Part shown: piece after piece, positions 61,340-64,000 of the stretch | How the letters are laid out: the number at the start of each line of letters is the position of its first letter | Numbering within the stretch: the first letter of the stretch is position 1 | Assembly (NCBI RefSeq): GCF_018977255.1 | Contig: NW_024704743.1 | Location: forward strand, 41,046,001-41,110,000 | Source of the DNA: Callorhinchus milii | Taxonomy: Eukaryota | Length of the DNA: 64,000 nucleotides | Direction: 5' to 3' | Notes under the pieces: generated by a model | Databases searched by the model: none | Told to the model about the DNA's origin: nothing | What the model saw: the letters and a program-made list of their open reading frames with translations, nothing else | Translations under genes and position numbers: made by a program

Positions 61340-63044
61340 ACGATTGGCTGTGTTTGATATATAAATTATAAGAACAGGCATGGATAAGGGAAATATAAAG
61401 ATGTTGACCAAAACATGGTCCAAGAGATACATTCTTAGAAGAGTTCAAATGCAGGAAGAGACAGGCAAAGAATTTATGGAAGTAATCCATTGGACAGCAG
61501 CACTGTGGCTAAAGGCTCCAACACCTGTGGTGGAACAGAAGGAGCAAGGGTTGAATAGGAATGGAAGAGATTAGATAGAGAAGCAAGACTTTGAAGGAAT
61601 TTGAAAGTCAGGACTCAAAGTCAATCCATTAATGTATTGGAAGCAGATGATGCAAGCAAGCAAACAGTCAAACTTGCACATCGATTGATTCAGTTTTAGG
61701 AAATAGGATGTTCACTGCAAAAATACACAAACACGACATTCCAGAGTAAAACTTGTAAAATGCTTTGTAATGTTTCAACAACGTGGTAAGGTGTTATATT
61801 ATTTATTAAAAAGGCTGGTGCAGTTGGAGCCACAAGGCACAAAAATGGCGCCAAGGACCACTAGTCTAGTTTGATTGCAGGAAGCTAAAGCTCACCCAGG
61901 ACTTAATGTCAAACAAAAAGTCTGTCAGGCAACAACAGTCCTGGAATTGAGGATGGAAGAGGAGAGATAGTGTTGAGTCTCATCAGCAAACAAGTGGAAC
62001 TAACCAATGCATGTCTTATTAATGATAACACCAAGTGGAATCATAGAGAAAATATATAGAAGACCAAAGATCTTGGCTTGACCAAATTATAAATACTGTC
62101 GTGATTAGAATTGTATATACAACCAAACTGCACAAAGAGCCAAACTCTATGCACCAAACTGTTATTAGATCCTGTGACTTATACTCTATTTTTCTCACTA
62201 TGCAACTTAAAATCCTATTTTCCTTCCTTGTTGAAACATTATGTGCTGTAGGTTTTAAAAGTGCCCCCTGATCTGTTGATCTATGTTCTGTGAACCTACC
62301 CAATTCAGCTTGTAATGTCAAAGCTTATGAAAGAATCATGGCCTTACATTTGTCAACATTACAGGACACCTACCACTATTCAGCCCTGCTGCCCTATCTA
62401 TCGTCTTTCCTCTGTACTCTGTATTATCTCTTCTTGTTTATTATTTATTCCCCTAAGGAAATAATGTAGGAGGAAAAATAATGATCAAACATGTACACAA
62501 AAATAACAAACAGTGCACCTTTTTATACGTGTTTATGTCACTGCTTATGGATTCTGCATTTCAGCCCTACTTCAGTGTATAAATAAATGCATTACATTCT
62601 AGATGAGCGAATAGAGAACCTTAATTTTAGGACCATTAAAATCTGAGCCCAAATACTATATCCCATACTAAACATAAACTAATATGTTTCACATGCAATC
62701 CAATAGAGAACTGAAAATGTTTTGTGTATGGAGGATTGATATAAAAATGCAACATGAACATAAAAGATAGTAGTACTTATAGACATTGATCTAGTGCACA
62801 AGCAAAAGAATGATAGAAATCATCTATTGTCCAATAAAAAAAAGGTTCACAATTCAGTGATTTCTAACAGGGTTCATTGATGAGGACTGAAAGTCATTAC
62901 TGACAACCAGAAATGTATCATTGTGACCAGAGGCAAACCCATTCCTGTTATAGGTTGTGTTAGAGTAAAATTCTAAGTGACGTACCTTTGATTAAGGATT
63001 CCATTTGCATCTCAGAGAAATTGTTAAGGAATTCTCAGCTCCCA

Positions 63045-64000
63045 CCCCCTCCTGCTCTACCTCCTCAGACTTCTCTTCTCCTCTCCACTCTCAACCTCTC
63101 CCTCCACATCCACTCTGCTACCCACAACCACGGTCACCCGCTCGACCTGGTGATCACCCGGGGCCTCAGCGTCTCGGATGTCACCATCACTGACAAGATC
63201 ATCTCTGACCACCATTTGATCTCCCTCAACTCCTATATCCCTCTCCCCACCATCTCCAAACCTACCACCATCTTCTATCCCCCATGGAAGAAGATCTCTC
63301 CACAGTCCTTCTCCACTGCCCTGGAGTCCTCTGAACTTCTCCCCCTCTGGCCCACTCTGGCACCAACCCACTCACTGAACTTAATCTACTTCACAGCACC
63401 CTCTCCACCACACTCGATGCCCTTGCCCCCCTCACCTCCCAAACTGCCTCCTATTCCCGATCCTCAACCTGGTTCACCAGCCACCTCTGCTCTCTTAAGA
63501 GTCAGGTGCCGGCTGCCGAATGCACTTGGTTTAAATCTGGCGTAACGGTCCACCGCCACATCTGGCTGGATCTCCTCAAAATCTACCACTCATCTCTCGC
63601 CTCAGCCAAATCATCCTTCTATTCCAGGTTAATCCTGGAGGCGAAGGGCAATCCCAGGCTCCTGTTCTCCACCACCAACTGGCTCCTCCACCCTCCCTGC
63701 CATGGCTCGCAGATTCTCTCCTCTGACTCTCACTGCGAGAAAATGCTGGATTTCCTTGAGTCCAAAATCGAGGGAATTCGCTCAGCTCCCACTCCCCTCC
63801 CAACTTCCAACCCCTCCCTCCCTTCCCACCACACCCCCACACTCCGACAATTACCCATCCCTCCTTCTACACCTTTAAACCTGTCACCTCCTCCTCTGTC
63901 TTCACCACCACATCCTCCGTGAAGCCCACCATCTGCTCCCTGGACCCCATCGCTACACCTCTCCTTAAATCCCAGTTCCACCTCCTTGCCCCACAACTCG
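63045..64000 (+). mobile_element. L2 ORF2 5' region (endonuclease end and linker), running off the window
   Basis: ATHNHGHPLDLVITRG..ISDHHLI endonuclease motifs; LEAKGNPRLLFSTTN. Confidence 0.92.

Noticed and set aside
62960..63030. Upstream exon ending at a minus-strand AAAG|gtacgt donor
   Set aside because: The donor is good, but the matching frame has a nearby stop and only a weak acceptor.

Overview
Repeat-dense vertebrate genomic DNA, not prokaryotic. The repeat set (L2 and CR1 LINEs, Deu-domain SINEs, a tRNA-headed SINE with a (TAT)n tail, Penelope-type fold-back units) points to a cartilaginous fish, probably a chimaera or elephant-shark relative; this is inferred from recalled repeat families, not from a search. 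Most predicted ORFs are LINE or SINE debris. Main contents: (1) a decayed retrovirus-like pol (PR-RT-RNase H-IN, ~2.4-6.66 kb) interrupted by a SINE and a solo LTR; (2) a second, longer copy of that solo LTR inside a SINE head at 47.1-48.5 kb; (3) five short Penelope-like units carrying minimal hammerhead-ribozyme cores, four with target-site duplications (TSDs) and some forming hairpins; (4) four local templated duplications (three inverted, one direct) at or inside retroelements; (5) a young 5'-truncated L2 with a 547-codon open RT frame but a YADG active site; (6) four unassigned minus-strand exon candidates and several repeat-free blocks that may be conserved non-coding elements. I see no convincing new multi-gene system. 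The best leads are the ribozyme-bearing mini-elements, the class-III/spuma-like endogenous retrovirus, and the recurrent templated duplications. Boundaries of old repeats are approximate (tens of bp).
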